Below are positions 1 through 12,825 of a stretch of 64,000 bases of DNA, one piece after another. The DNA comes from Cetorhinus maximus (Eukaryota): the NCBI RefSeq assembly GCF_964194155.1, contig NC_135902.1:49476001-49540000 (forward strand), in the 5' to 3' direction. Both the position numbers and the translations under genes were made by a program. The notes beneath the pieces are model-generated. The model worked only from the letters and a program-made list of their open reading frames with translations. It was not told the origin of the DNA and did not search any database. How positions within the stretch are numbered: the first letter of the stretch is position 1; each line of letters opens with the position of its first letter.

Positions 1-591
1 TACTACATCATCCCTTTAAACGTCATCTGTTCCGGAGATGATCATACATATTGTAAATTTAACAGAGCGTCACTATAAATAATGCACAAGTTTGTTTGCA
101 ATTTCAACTACAAAAAAATTGTAAAAGACTAAACACTAGGTCCAAGGTAGCTCAGATTTTGTTAACTGAACTCAAACACCTCATCCAACATATTACATCA
201 CTGGTTTCCAAGAAAACTTTGGCCACTAATAATAGAAGGGCAGAGATCTGAAGACCTCACAGACATCCCAGAAATCACCTGGCAGATCCCCCAGCATCCA
301 GGAATCCCAGTTTCCAAACCTATGAATTACATTACTTAATGAATTGGATAGTAGCAGCCATCTGAACTGAAGCACTCAGATGCCTTTCATAGGCACAATT
401 CTAACTGGCATGAAAAACTGCTAAGAGTCACTATGACAAAGAGAAACAGCAATAAATGGAATGCAAAAATGTCAGTCAAGAGGCAGAGCTTGAAAAATAA
501 ATGGTTAGTGAGTGGGAGACAAGTAGGGAAACAGTTGCAAGGGAAAAATTTGGGGGAAAGATAAAGATTCTCCATGAATAGCTTTCACGTT

Positions 592-1125
592 CAACAACAA
601 CAATTTACATTCACATATCACTTTAACCATACAAATATATACCAAGACTCTTCATAGAAGTGTAGTCAGACAAAGATGGATGTCAAGCCAAAGGACATAT
701 TGGAAAGGATGAACAAAAGCTTGGTTAAAGATGTGTGTTTTAAAGGTTGTTGCGGGTTTCTTAAAAGGAGTAGAGAGAAGTGGAAAGATAGAGATTTAAG
801 GAATTCATTCCCAAGCATAGGGCTGAGATGCCCGAGAGCATACCTGACCACAGATAGTGCAAAGGGAGCAGTGGGCTGTACAAGGGATCAGTGGAATGCA
901 AAGTTCTGGGCAAGGGGGTGTTGTCCAGCTAGATGAGGTGACAAAGATAATTATGCTAAGACCATAAATGGATTTAAACATGAAAATTTTAAATGAGATG
1001 CTGAGCCAATGTACATCAGGAAAAACAAAATAAAAGATGAATGGGGCTTGAAGTTGGATAGAAAATAGCAAGAAGTTTGGATCAGCTTAAGTTTATGGAG
1101 AGTGAAGAATGTGGGTGTTCACAAT
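592..1125 (-). mobile_element. L2-clade LINE 3' fragment, decayed
   Basis: Reverse complement resembles the L2 3' end (..ttgttgttg tail, gaattcc segment) of copies at 5628, 17152 and 45776. Confidence 0.6.
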
Positions 1126-2837
1126 CACATGCTTTAAATATTAATTTTAACAGCAGGGTAAAGAACTCTGCAAATAAGTATAAGTTCATTTGAATGTGCA
1201 TGCAGAGATATAACTGAAATTTACACCAGTGAGGATAAATGTGACACTGCCCGACTTGAACCAATGCTTGCCCACTAATGACCTCAGTAGCTCATGGAGG
1301 CCTGCCTTCTTAGCTTGCCCCAGGCTTGATGCGGAGCAGTGCTCTTCAAGCTATTTAACCACTTATCTGTCCCTAACAGAGAGAGATGCCTTTGGTCCCT
1401 CGTGGACTACAGCTAATTACCTCAGGTCAACAGTTACAGCAGATTTGTAACCTTAAAATATGCTAAAAATATAAAATGACACTTGTTTCAATTACTCTCA
1501 GGGGTACCTAGTTTGGAACATTTTGTCGGATTTTAACGTCCGTAAGCAATGAAGATGTATTTGATAGATCTAAACCAATCAGACACCCACTCCAAGGTGC
1601 TCAAGAAGACTAACAAGAAAACAAAAGGTAGCTTAGTAGCTTGGAGATGCCAGATTGCTAATAGATACTCTATTATGGTAGACCCAATTTCCAATCCTTA
1701 GCTGCTATGTGCTCTGACCTGTATTTACAAGGGTGTGGGAGTGAGGGAGGGTGAGTGTCTTGGATGTCTTGTGGAGGAAATTAGATTGCCCTCTTCTCTT
1801 GTTATCCCATATGTTTCTGATAGCAAACCCAAGTTGCAATGAGCATCAACAGAAATTATCATGAGCCATAAGCACTGGCAACACAACGAGGATAACATGC
1901 AGGAAATAGAAAATAGAAACAGTTGTTGTTCTCAAGCATTTGGTTTATCAAAGATCACTGTTGGTTCTTATGAAAATGGTGGTTGGGAGGCTAGTGAGTT
2001 GTCTCTTGTCATAAGTATACAATCTACATCAGGATCGGTAATTGTCACAGGCACACACTGTTTATTTCCCTAAAAAAGAGGTGCTTAATTTGCTGTAAAG
2101 ACTACAAGGCTACTTTAAACAAAATAAATGAGGGAATATTTTGTTTTCTTTTCCTGGAAAAAAAAACGCAGCATGGATTATCATGATCTGGCACTGAGTC
2201 CAGTTGTCTCTGTTAATGTAGCCTATATGACTATGAGACATATCAAACTGGAGTCTGCTCACATTTTCCATGTCTAGACTACTGTTTAACACCATGTTGC
2301 ATTTTTCACATCATTGTTCTACGGTAAACAAAGCACTTCCTTTTTTCTCCCTCCCACTTCCTCATTTCTCCCTCCCAATTCCTCTCAATGTTACATCATG
2401 CCAGAATTTTAAAATGCTGTAAGGTTCCCCGGACCACGGTTTTATGTTTTCGTATTTCCTAAACTTTTTCCCTTGATGGCTGAATGCCATTTAATATCAA
2501 CTTACAGGGACTGCATATTATGACTGTTACAGCTGCAATAAAGTCAGTGAAAGGCTCAAATACAAAATAAGCAGCCAAAATATTCTTCATTCAACAGTGA
2601 AGACAAATGATTTCCACACCCATTTAAAAACTTACAACAGAACACATTGGAATGCTTGGTTTATATAATTGTTAATTAAAAGGAATGGATCGCTATTATA
2701 CAGTATGTTGCATCTGGTAAAGGTATTTTCAACACTGTAACTTGCTAACATTCGACAGAACATCTACCATAGTCTGGACAACAAGTCTGTACACCAGTTA
2801 ATCCAGCCAATAATGGAAATGAGGAACTGATACGCAC

Positions 2838-2880
2838 CGCTTTTTGTAAGTCATAACAGAATCTTTTCTTAGTATTGGTC
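2838..2880 (-). other. candidate 43-nt exon of unidentified minus-strand gene
   Basis: Minus strand: pyrimidine-rich ttgttcgttccccaccccaccctgagtacag|GACCAATAC...CAAAAAGCG|gtgcgt in non-repeat DNA; no peptide recognised. Confidence 0.3.
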
Positions 2881-3299
2881 CTGTACTCAGGGTGGGGTGG
2901 GGAACGAACAAGTTTTAAAAAAAGAATCCTCTTAACCCTCTTGAAGAATTGGTCAGATATGGTTCACACCCAAGCAGGCTACTACTCGTTTTTTTTAGTC
3001 TGTTTGGCTGTGGGAGCAATCACAACAGAGCATGATCTTATCTGTTTCCGACAGATACAAGTTATTCAAAAAGGAATGGCTAGATAGTTACCATGAGTGG
3101 AAATTCTAATATTAACTTTTCTTCATCTCTTCCAGCCAGGGGACACGGAATTCACTTGAAGCAGGCAGACATCATGTTTTTTTTTGGGGGGGAGGGGGGG
3201 GTTGATTTATAAATTTCCATGGAGCAACAAGCTAGTTGGGCTGAACAGTCTCCTCACCTGTACATTTCTTTGACAGTAAGCCATTGGACTGTCCCTTGT

Positions 3300-4540
3300 G
3301 AAAGGGAAATCATGTTTCATCAATTTATTCGAGTTCTTTGAAGGAGTAACATGCACTGTGGATAAAGGAGAGCCTGTAGATGGTGTTGCACTTCAATTTT
3401 CAGAAGGCATTTGATAAGGTGCCGCATCAAAGGTTATTGCAGAAAATAAAAGCTCATGGTGTAGGGGGCAACGTATTAGCATGGATAGAAGATTGGCTGG
3501 CTGGCAGAAAACAGAGTGTAAGCATAAACGAGACCTTTTCTGATTGGCAGGATGTGAAGAGTGGAGTACCACAGGGGTCTGCGCTGGGGCCTCAACTTTT
3601 TACAATTTACATCAATGACTTAGATGAAGGGAGTGAATGCATGGTGGCTAAATTTGCAGATGACACAAAGATAGGTAGGAAAGTACATTGCGAAGGAGAC
3701 ATAAGGAGTTTGCAGATGGATATAGATAGGTTGAGTGAGTGGGCAAAAATATGGCAGATGGAGTATAATGTGGGAAAATGTGGAATCGTTCGCTTTGGCA
3801 GGAAGAATAAAAAGGTAGAGTATTACTTAAACAGAATTCCAAGCTGCAGAGGGATCTAGCTGCTCTAGTACATGAGTTACAAAAAAATTAGTATGCAGGT
3901 TCTGCAAGTAATTAAGGCAGCTAATAGAATGCTATCCTTTATTACGAGAGGAACTGAACATAAAAGTCCGGATATTATGCTTCAGTTACACAGGGCATTA
4001 GTGAGACCACATCGCAAATAGTGTGTGCAGTTTTGGTCTCCTTATTTAAGGAAGGATGGAAATATGTTCAGAGGAGATTTACTAGATTGATACCTGGAAT
4101 AAGCGGATTGTCTTATGAGGAAAGGCTAAACAGACTAGGCTCATTTCCAATAGAGTTAAGAGTAAGGGGTGACTTGATTGAAGTATATAAGATCTTGAAC
4201 GGTATTGACAAAGTGGACATGGAAAGGACGTTTCCTCTTGTGGGTAAGTCTAAAACTAGGGTGTACTGTTTTAAAATTAGGGGTTTCCCTTTTAGGACAG
4301 AGGTGAGGAAAGTTTTTTTCACTCAGACAGTTGTGTGACTTTGGAACACTCTGCCTCCAAAGGCAGTGGAGGAGGGGTCATTGAATATTTTTAAGACGGA
4401 GGTGGATAGATTCTTGTTAGGCAAAGGAATCAAAGGTTATCAGGGGCAGATGGGAATGTGGACTTCGAAACACAAACAGATCAGCTATGATCTTAATGAA
4501 TGGCAGATCAGGCTCGAGGGGCCAAATGTTTCATATGTTC
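3300..4540 (+). mobile_element. CR1 (HER1-like) LINE, 5'-truncated, RT to 3' UTR
   Basis: ORFs 3380-3859 (FQKAFDKVPH, GVPQGSALGP, FADDTK) and 4021-4338 (RGDLIEVYKIL); frameshifted. Confidence 0.95.
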
Positions 4541-4734
4541 GCTCAAACACCATTAAAATACCATTAAGGCTTTCTGTTAAAACAAAACAAGCATATTGTA
4601 TATGTGTACTGTAGGAGGGGGAATGCAGCAGCTGTTTGTATAATTTCATGGAATTACCTGTTCAACTACTGCCATTTTCTGTGGGTTTATACTCAGTAAG
4701 TTCACACTGCAGGGGCATACTCTCAGATGACTTC

Positions 4735-5113
4735 TAAACTTCAATGAAACTTATAAGATCTTGGGAGAGTTTGACAGAGTAAGAAAGGCAGGTTTCCCTG
4801 GCTGGAGAATCTTGAAGTCGGGGGCATCGCCTCAGGACAAGGGATCGGTCATTTAGGACCGAAGTGAGAAGAAATTTCTTCCGAAGGCTGAGAATCTTTG
4901 GAATTCTCTACCCCAGAATTCTACTGATGCTCAGTCATTGAGTATATTCAAGGTTGAGATCAACAGATTTTTGGACTCCAAAGGAATCAAGGGATATGGG
5001 GATCGGGCAGGAAACTGGATTTGAGGTCCAAAATGAGCCATGCTTTTATTGAATGGTGGAAGGGGCTTGAGGGGTAGTATAACTTTGGCTGGCTCCTATT
5101 TCTTAAGTTCTTA
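4735..5113 (+). mobile_element. CR1 3' fragment
   Basis: Similar to the 3' part of the CR1 at 10020-10390 (gagaagaaatttctt...ggctcctatttctt). Confidence 0.8.
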
Positions 5114-5627
5114 TTGCGTAACACAATACACAGGAAGATTTTTTGAATTACTAAGTATAATTGCAGCATCATCCCTTCGAGATCAATGTAAAACAAAGAA
5201 GTTACATTGAGATTTCCACCTTCTTACTTGCAACCCAATAGCCATACAAATTACTATATGCACTAGATGCAAAATTATAAATCATCATAGGTCATTGCAA
5301 CATGAGGCTTGATCACTGACATCAGGAAGTTCTGTATTATCAACCACCATGCTGGTCTGAGGTCATCCCAATTTCAAACTAGCAAAGACCAGAACAAAAA
5401 TTGCAGCAAAGGTTCTAAGAGACCACTTACACCTGAAGATGATGATTCGTCTCCAGAGGCCAAGAGCAAAACTACCCTGAGACACAGCATTCTATGACTC
5501 CAGAAGCATATACATGGCTATATCCAAAGATAATTATCAATAGTTTTTAAAATCAGTCCTTGCATCCAGTACAATTTAAAATATATTACAAGATGATACA
5601 TTCTTCTTTATGGCACTATTCAGTCAA

Positions 5628-6030
5628 CAATTTGCATTTATATAACACTTAACATAATAAAATGTCCAACATAGCTTCACGGGAGCATTATAAAGCAAAA
5701 TTTGACCCCAAACCATATACGGTAATATTAGGGCAGATGGCCAAAAGCTCGGTCAAAGAGGTAGATTTTAAGGAGCATCTTAATGGAGCAAAGTGACATC
5801 GAGAGCGAAGAGGTTTACAGAGGGAATTTCAAAGCTTAGGTCGTAGGTGTCTGAAGGTGGTCAGTGACCAATGATGGAGCAATTAAAATTTGGGGTGCTC
5901 AAGAAGCCTAAATTAGAGGATCCAGGATATCTTGGAGAGTCATGAAACTGCATGAGATTGCAGAGATAGGGAGGAGTGAGGTCATGGAGGAATTTCAGAA
6001 CAAGGATGAGAACTTTAAAAGTCATGATGC
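5628..6030 (-). mobile_element. L2 LINE 3' end
   Basis: ORF 5861-6049(-) FKVLILVLKFLHDLTPPYLCNL...SSNLGFL matches the L2 ORF2 C-terminus; tail ttatataaatgcaa. Confidence 0.8.
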
Positions 6031-6315
6031 ACAGTGATTCCACAAACAATGTTTGCGAATGCCTACACCCATAAAATGTGTATAATTATACATGTAAATA
6101 TGCAATGATCTAATTAAATATATGTGAATGTATCCTTAATCATACAATAGTTTCGTGAACTAGGTGAACGTGCACCAATCCACATGAAAACTCAATGAAG
6201 TTTCCTTGAAGACCTAAATAAAATAAATACAATTTTACCTGAGTTTCTAAATTCTACTTTTGATTAAATTTTATGCAGCACTTAACTGGAGGAGTTAGAA
6301 AGAAAAAAAAAGATA

Positions 6316-6712
6316 CAGCTTGCATTTATATAGTGCCTTTCATAATCTCATGATGTCCCAAGGCACTTTACAACTAATGAAATTCTTTTAAAGCTAGTCG
6401 TTGTTGTTTTGTATGGAACTGCATTGTGCACATAGTGAAGTCCCACAACGGTAATGAGATAAAAGATTGGTTAATAATTAAATATTGACCAGGAAACTGG
6501 GGGAAATTTCTCTGGTGTTCGCTGAATAGTGCTATGGGCCTTTTTTTACGTCCATTTCAGAGGGGCAGAGCCTCAGTTTAACCTCTCATTCAAAAGCAGG
6601 CACTTCCAACAATGCAGATCTTCCGAATTTACTGAATTTACTTATAACCCTAGGTTATATGTCTAAGTCTCAGAAAAGAGGCTTGAAAGCATAACTTCTG
6701 ACCATTAAGCCA
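6316..6712 (-). mobile_element. DeuSINE-type SINE (SacSINE1-like)
   Basis: Reverse complement carries a Deu-domain-like segment (gttaaactgaggc...tggacgtaaaa...cccatagcactatt) and the tail gcactatataaatgcaag. Confidence 0.7.
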
Positions 6713-6713
6713 A

Positions 6714-6850
6714 AGTGTGTGTATCTACACCAAATGGACTGCAGCAGTTCAAGAAAGCAGCTAACCACCATCTTTTCAAGGGCAATTAGGGAAGGAAAAT
6801 AAATGCTGGCCTAGCCAGTGGCACTCACATTCCATGAATGAATAGGAAAA
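6714..6850 (+). mobile_element. 3' tail of the CR1-type LINE family of 46441-49595
   Basis: tggactgcagcagttcaag...aataaatgctggcc...atgaatgaat matches 49480-49590. Confidence 0.85.
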
Positions 6851-8217
6851 AGTTCAGAGCATCCTCTAACTCAGATACAACTAGAGACTTCAGGCTATCC
6901 ACCTTCAAATATAAATGATTTTTTTAAATAAAGATACTGCAAATTTACAAATCATTGCAGATGTTCTTAACAGTAACTTGTCTATATTTAGAAGCAACCA
7001 CGAATGTCAACTAAAGTATTCAAAAGTTTCACACTTCAAACATTCCAAGAAAACAAAGTGCAATTATTGTTCTCTGCTCCCCAAAGCTGAACACTGATCC
7101 CTTGGTCTATCCATGAACATAAAAGCATGTTTTTGCTAACATGAATACCAGAAGAATTTTTTTTTAAATAGGCAGTTGCCAGTAAATGATTTTACAGGTT
7201 AAAAAAAGGAAATATTCCATATGGAAGAGGAAGCAACAATTCCATTAAATAGATTTTTTAAAAACTTATTGTATTTTTTTCCCCCCACATGAAGGCACCA
7301 TGAAATTGGGCCAGCATCCCTGGTCATTCTTCCTCAGGGGGTACTGTGAAACTTTGGTTTTCAAAAAGGAATCAACACCTTTGGGGATTATTTTCAATAT
7401 TCTCCCATCTAAATTTACATTTATTTTTTAATGATCGACTTACCTCAAAGGTTGCAGGAGATGGCAAATTTAGTAATGTTCTTTACTTCCAAAAGTAACC
7501 TGCTATTTCAGATTTCCTTTCACTCAAGCATTTAAGTTATACATGTGGCCCACATGCATGACAGAGTGACCTGATTCATGAGCACTTTAATGGCCTGAAC
7601 TCATCTGGATGCTGAAGTGGAGACACCTAAGCTTGAAAACATAAGGAATTTTCCATGCTTAAGGTGCCTTTGGTTCGTAGTCCAGGCTGATCAAAAAAAA
7701 GGCTCAATTTTTATGAAGGAAAGGGGGTTTCTCAGACACATGCAGAACCCTGGATTTGTGGGGAGACCTGTCATGGCGGGTTTTTTGGAGGGAAAACAGA
7801 GTAATTTGCTGATTACCCAAACTAAAGAGATATATTCTGAGTCAAAACAATGGAGGAATATTTTTAATACCTGTTGGGGTTTCTTGCTCCTCTAAGTATT
7901 AGTTAAACTTTTGCATAAGAAGTTTCAAGTTTCTTCCTCCTTGTTTTTGCACAGACAATTATTGTGAACGGTATGAAGCAGAATATTTATTGGCACGAGG
8001 CCTTACTAATGGAATAAATATCATATTCCAAATAAAATATGCTGCAATAAACAGGGCACTACTACATTAGCCCACTTTGATCCAAAAAGAGACAGAAGAG
8101 GGTACTTTCTAAAAAGTGAAAGCCAAAAGCTGTGGTGATCCAAAGAGACTTATTGGCCTATATCTACTGATTAGAATGTCACATCGGTCCAGAAAATAAG
8201 CAGAACATCTGGTGGAA

Positions 8218-8500
8218 TCATAAGAAATAAGATCAGGAATAGGCCATTCAGTCCATCGAGCCTTCTCTGTCATTTGATAAGATCATAGCTGATCTGATTA
8301 TGGCCTTAACTCCACTTTTCTGCCTGTCCCCCATAACTCTTGATGCCTTTGTCTATCAAAAATCTGAACTACTCAGTCTTGAAAATATTCAATGACCCAA
8401 CCTCCACTGCTCTCTGAGGGAGAAAATTCCAAAGACTAACAGCCCTCAGAAGAAATTCCGCCTCTTCGCCATCTTAAATGGGAGGCCCTTTATTTTTAAA
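8218..8500 (-). mobile_element. CR1 3' end
   Basis: Reverse complement of the CR1 3' UTR (cataagaaataag...ggccattcag). Confidence 0.8.
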
Positions 8501-10585
8501 GTGGAGTACTATATCTGCAGGACGAGAGTACAAGGGGTAGAAACTATGCTATAGCTAGAAGAAACCCTGGTTAGACCATGGCTATAGTACTGTGTTCAGA
8601 TTTGGACACCACACCTTAGGAAGGATATACTGGTCTTGGAGAAGAGCAGCATAGATTTATCAGAATGAGACCTGGGCTCCAAGGGTTACATCAGGAGGAG
8701 AAATTACATAAATTAGGATTGTATTCACAGGAATTAAGATTATGGGGGATTTGATCAAAGTTTAAGATACCGATCTGAAAAACAGAGAAATTATTTCCAC
8801 TGGTCGGGGGGAGTCTAGGTCAAGGAGACATAACCTAAAAATCAGAGCCAGGCCTTTCTGAAGGAGATAGCTGAAGAGATAGTGGAGGCATTAGTGGTGA
8901 TCTTTCAGGAATCAGAGTCAGGGAGGGTCCCTGAGGACTGGAAAATCGCTAATTTAACCCCCCCTGTTTAAGAAGGGAGTGAGGCAAAAGACAGGAAATT
9001 ACAGGCCGATTAGCCTGACCTCGGTCATTGGTAAGATTTTAGAGTCCATTATTAAGGATGAGATTTCAGAATACTTGAAAGTGCATGGTAAAATAGGGCA
9101 AAGTCAGCATGGTTTCATCAAGGGGAGGTCATGCCTGACAAATCTGTTAGAATTCTTTGAGGAGGTAACGAGCAGGTTAGACAAAGGAGAGCCAATGGGT
9201 GTTATCTACTCGGACTTCCAGAAGGCCTTTGACAAGGTGCCGCACAGGAGGCTGATCAGTAAGATAAGAGCCCATGGTGTTAGAGGCAAGGTACTAGCAT
9301 GGATAGAAGATTGGTTGTCTGGCAGGAGGCAGAGAGTGGGGATGAGGGGGTCCTTCTCAGGATGGCAGCCGGTGACTAGTGGAGTTCCGCAGGGGTCAGT
9401 GTTGGGACCACAACTTTTCACTTTATACATTAATGATCTAGATGAAGGAACTGAGGGCATCCTGACTAAGTTTGCAGATGATACGAAGATAGGTGGAGGG
9501 ACAGGTAGTATTGAGGAGGCGGGGAAGCTGCAGAAGGATTTCGACAGGTTAGGAGAATGGGCAAAGAAGTGGCAGATGGAATACAACGTGGGGAAGTGTG
9601 AGGTCATGCACTTTGGTGGGAAGAATAGAGGCATAGACTGTTTTCTAAATGGGGAGAGAATTCAGAAATCTGGAGTGCAAAGGGACTTGGGAGTCCTAGT
9701 CCAGGATTCTCTCAAGGTTAACTTGCAGGTTGAGTCGGTAGTTAGGAAGGCAAATGCAATGTTGGCATTTATTTCGAGGACTAGAATATAAAAGCAGGGA
9801 TGTGCTGCTGAGGCTTTATAAGGCTCTGGTCAAACCACATTTAGAATATTGTGAGCAATTTTGGGCCCCGTATCTCAGGAAGGATGTGCTGGCCCTGGAG
9901 AGGGTCCAGAGGAGGTTCACGAGAACGATCCCAGGAATGAAAGGCTTAACATATGAGGAACGTTTGAGAACTCTGGGTCTATAGTCGATGGAGTTTAGAA
10001 GGATGAGGGGGGATCTGATTGAAACTTACAGAATACTGAAAGGCCTGGATAAAGTTGACGTGGGGAAGATGTTTCCATTAGTAGGAGAGACTAGGACCCG
10101 AGGGCACAGCCTCAGAGTAAAGGGAAGACCTTTTAGAACAGAGATGAGGAGAAACTTCTTTAGCCAGAGAGTGGTGAATCTATGGAATTCATTGCCACAG
10201 AAGGCTATGGGGGCCAGGTCATTGAGTGTATTTAAGACCGAGATAGATAGGTTCTTGATTGGTATGGGGATCAAAGGTTACAGGGAGAAGGCGGGAGAAT
10301 GGGGTTGAGAAACTTATCAGCCGTGACTGAATGGTGGAGCAGACTCAATGGGCCGAATGGCCTAATTTCTGCTCCTATGTCTTAAGGTCATCAACAGTGA
10401 AGTTAGGAAACACTTCTACATGCAAAGAGTGGTAGAAGTTTGGATCACTCTTTACAAACAGCATTGATGCTAGGTCAATTGTTAGTTTTAAAATCAGAAA
10501 TTGATAGATCTCTGTAAAAGCATATGGAGTTAGATCATAGATTGCCATCATCTACTTGAATGGCAGAAAAGGGTCAAGGAGCTAG
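8500..10585 (+). mobile_element. older CR1 fragment split by a younger CR1 (host parts ~8500-8859 and ~10391-10585)
   Basis: Host reads ...gccaggcctttc | aacagtgaagttaggaaacacttc across the insertion, continuous CR1 C-terminal sequence. Confidence 0.7.
8860..10390 (+). mobile_element. young CR1 (HER1-like) LINE, RT domain to 3' end
   Basis: ORF 8979-9791 (NYRPISLTS, QHGF, DFQKAFD, PQGSVLGP, FADD), continued by 9754-9984 and 9988-10308; tail atgggccgaatggcc. Confidence 0.97.
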
Positions 10586-10651
10586 ACATGCACACACTTG
10601 CAATTTGTGCTCATTAGCCGTTCCCGGAGAATGAAGAGGAAGCTCGTGCAT

Positions 10652-11470
10652 ATAGAGTCATAACAGCACAGGAGGTGGCCATTCAGCCTTTTGAGTCCAT
10701 GCTGACTCTTTCTCGGGCAATCCAGTCAATCCCATTTCCTTGTTCAATGCACACTGCCCTGCAAGTTTATTTCCAACATGCGCCTCGCCAATTTCCTTTA
10801 GAAACTCTGCTCTGCTTCCAGCTCATTACCACACGCTTAGAAAAAGTTCTTCCACACATTCCTCCTGCATCTCTTGCCTAAAACCTTAAATCTGTGTCAC
10901 TTAACCCTTGTACCATCAGCCAATGAGAACAGCTTTTCTTTGTTGACCTTATCTAAACCAGTCATAATCTCATACCCTTTTACCAAATTACCCTTCAATC
11001 CCCTTTGCTCCAAAGAGAACAATCCCAGTTTCTCTAACCTAAACCTGTAGCTAAAACTTCTCCCACCTGGAACCATTCCAGTAAATCTCCTCTGCAACAT
11101 CTCAAGGATCCTCACATCTTTTCTAAAGTGCGGTGATGAGACCTGGACTCAATACTCCAGTTGTGGCCTAACCAAAGCTTTACAAAGGTTCAGTATCACT
11201 TCCCTGCTTTTGTATTCAATACCTCTATTTATGAAGCCCAAGATCCCATATGCTTTTCTCACGACTCTCTCAATTTGTCCTGCCACCTTCAAAAGGTCTA
11301 TGCATATGAATCCCGAGGTCCCTCTTACCCTGCACATTTTTTAGAACTGTGTCATTAAGTATACATTGCCTTTCTCTATCCCTTCTCTCAAAACACATCA
11401 CCTCGCATCACCTCTATTTACCACTTGTCTGCCCAATTCTGCTAGCCTATCAATAACATGTTGCAATCGA
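10652..11470 (-). mobile_element. CR1 3' portion
   Basis: Minus ORFs 11149-11337 (GFINRGIEYKSREV) and 10897-11115 (LEKLGLFSLEQR). Confidence 0.9.
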
Positions 11471-11599
11471 TTGGCTCTTTGACTTTGGATGCATTTTTCA
11501 CAGAAAATTCTCCCATGAAAAATATATGGAAGTCATGAATTCACCTAGGTATAATATTTCCTCCTTTTAAAAAAAATATTTTAACCAACTTTCTATCAT

Positions 11600-11915
11600 T
11601 TAGTGCTGGGTTATTATTGGGTATTGGCTGAGCAGATATTCATGGCCTGTACTCCACCTTAGCAGCCAATTCTCATCTATGGGCCAGGACTGCAATGACC
11701 AGTAGGGTATTATTACAGGTCTAGTTTCTGACCTGCCACAATGTCCACACACACACTTCCAGCAAGGGTCATTACTTGCCAACCTACAGTGGGAATCCCA
11801 ATAAATTTCCTTCTCCCTATTCCAGGGCACTGAAGTCACGTGTAGTGCACTCTTCAGCTGAAATCAGCTAATTTATCACAGATCATGGATTAAACTTGTG
11901 CCTTCCTGTGTGGTC
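11600..11915 (-). mobile_element. old SINE-like repeat (related copies ~13085-13312+, ~18545-18810+, ~56260-56530+, ~62690-63010-)
   Basis: Recurrent head-like motif (aggaaggtcccaggtttgat...gctgatttcagc) and acacacacttccagca segment; family not named. Confidence 0.45.
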
Positions 11916-11947
11916 CAACGCCCAACAAGGTAATCTTATTCAGCCAA

Positions 11948-12825
11948 TAGAATCACAATCATTACAGCACAGAAGGAGGCCATCTGGCCTGTCATGTCTA
12001 TGCAGGCTTTCCATAAGGCTAATTTACCGAGTGCCACTCCCCTGACTTCACCCCATAGCCCTCCAGATTCTTCCTTTTCAGATAACGTCATTTTACTCTT
12101 CAATGTCTCGAATAAATCTGCCTCCACCACAAGCTCAAGCAGCACATTCTAGATCCTAACCACTCGCTGCATGAAAAAACTTGTCTATGTCGCCATTGCT
12201 TCTTTTGCAATTACCTGAAATCTATGCCCTCTTGTTCTCAATCCTTTCACCAATGGAGATGTTTTGTCCTCATCTACTCTATCCAGGCCCCCTCTTGATT
12301 TTGAGTACCTCTGCCAAATCTCCTCTCAATCTTCATTTCTCCGAGGAAATCAGTCCCAACTTTTCCAATCAATCTACATAACTGAAGTTCCTCATCCCTG
12401 GGACCATTTTCGTGAATGCACTCCTGTCTAATGCATTCAAATCTTTCCTAAAGTGTGGCATTCAGAACTGCATGTGGTGCTCCAGTTAAGGCCGAACCAG
12501 TGTTCTATACAAGTTTAACATAACCTCCTTGCTTTTATTGGCTTGGAAGGAGGGTCGTATGGACTCGATAAGTTAACTCCATTTCTCTCTCCAGAGAGGC
12601 TGCCAAACCTGAATTTTTCCAGCATTTTCATTTTTTATTTCAGATTTCCAGCACCCGCAGTGTTTTGCTTTTATCTCCTTGCTTTTATAATCAATATCCC
12701 TATTAATAAAGCCAAGGATCCTATATGCTTTATTAATTAGTCTCTCAACCTATCCTGCCACCTTCAATGATTTAGGCACATATACACCCAGGCCCCTCTG
12801 CTCCTACATCCCCTTTAGAATGGTT
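11948..12825 (-). mobile_element. CR1 3' portion interrupted by a Penelope-derived insert
   Basis: Begins tagaatc...acagcacagaaggaggcc (reverse complement of CR1 tail); CR1 C-terminal sequence on both sides of 12539-12674. Confidence 0.85.
12539..12674 (+). mobile_element. Penelope-like terminal fragment (family A) with degenerate hammerhead
   Basis: 14-bp TSD ctccttgcttttat (12525-12538 / 12675-12688); gggtc-gtatg-gactc stem followed by family A tail. Confidence 0.75.

Noticed and set aside
7444-7499. Minus-strand donor GAG|gtaagt with upstream cag
   Set aside because: No pyrimidine tract at the acceptor and stops in all frames; probably cryptic.
9206-9634. Antisense ORFs over LINEs (also 26873-27238, 21481-21966)
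   Set aside because: Shadow ORFs of CR1 coding sequence.
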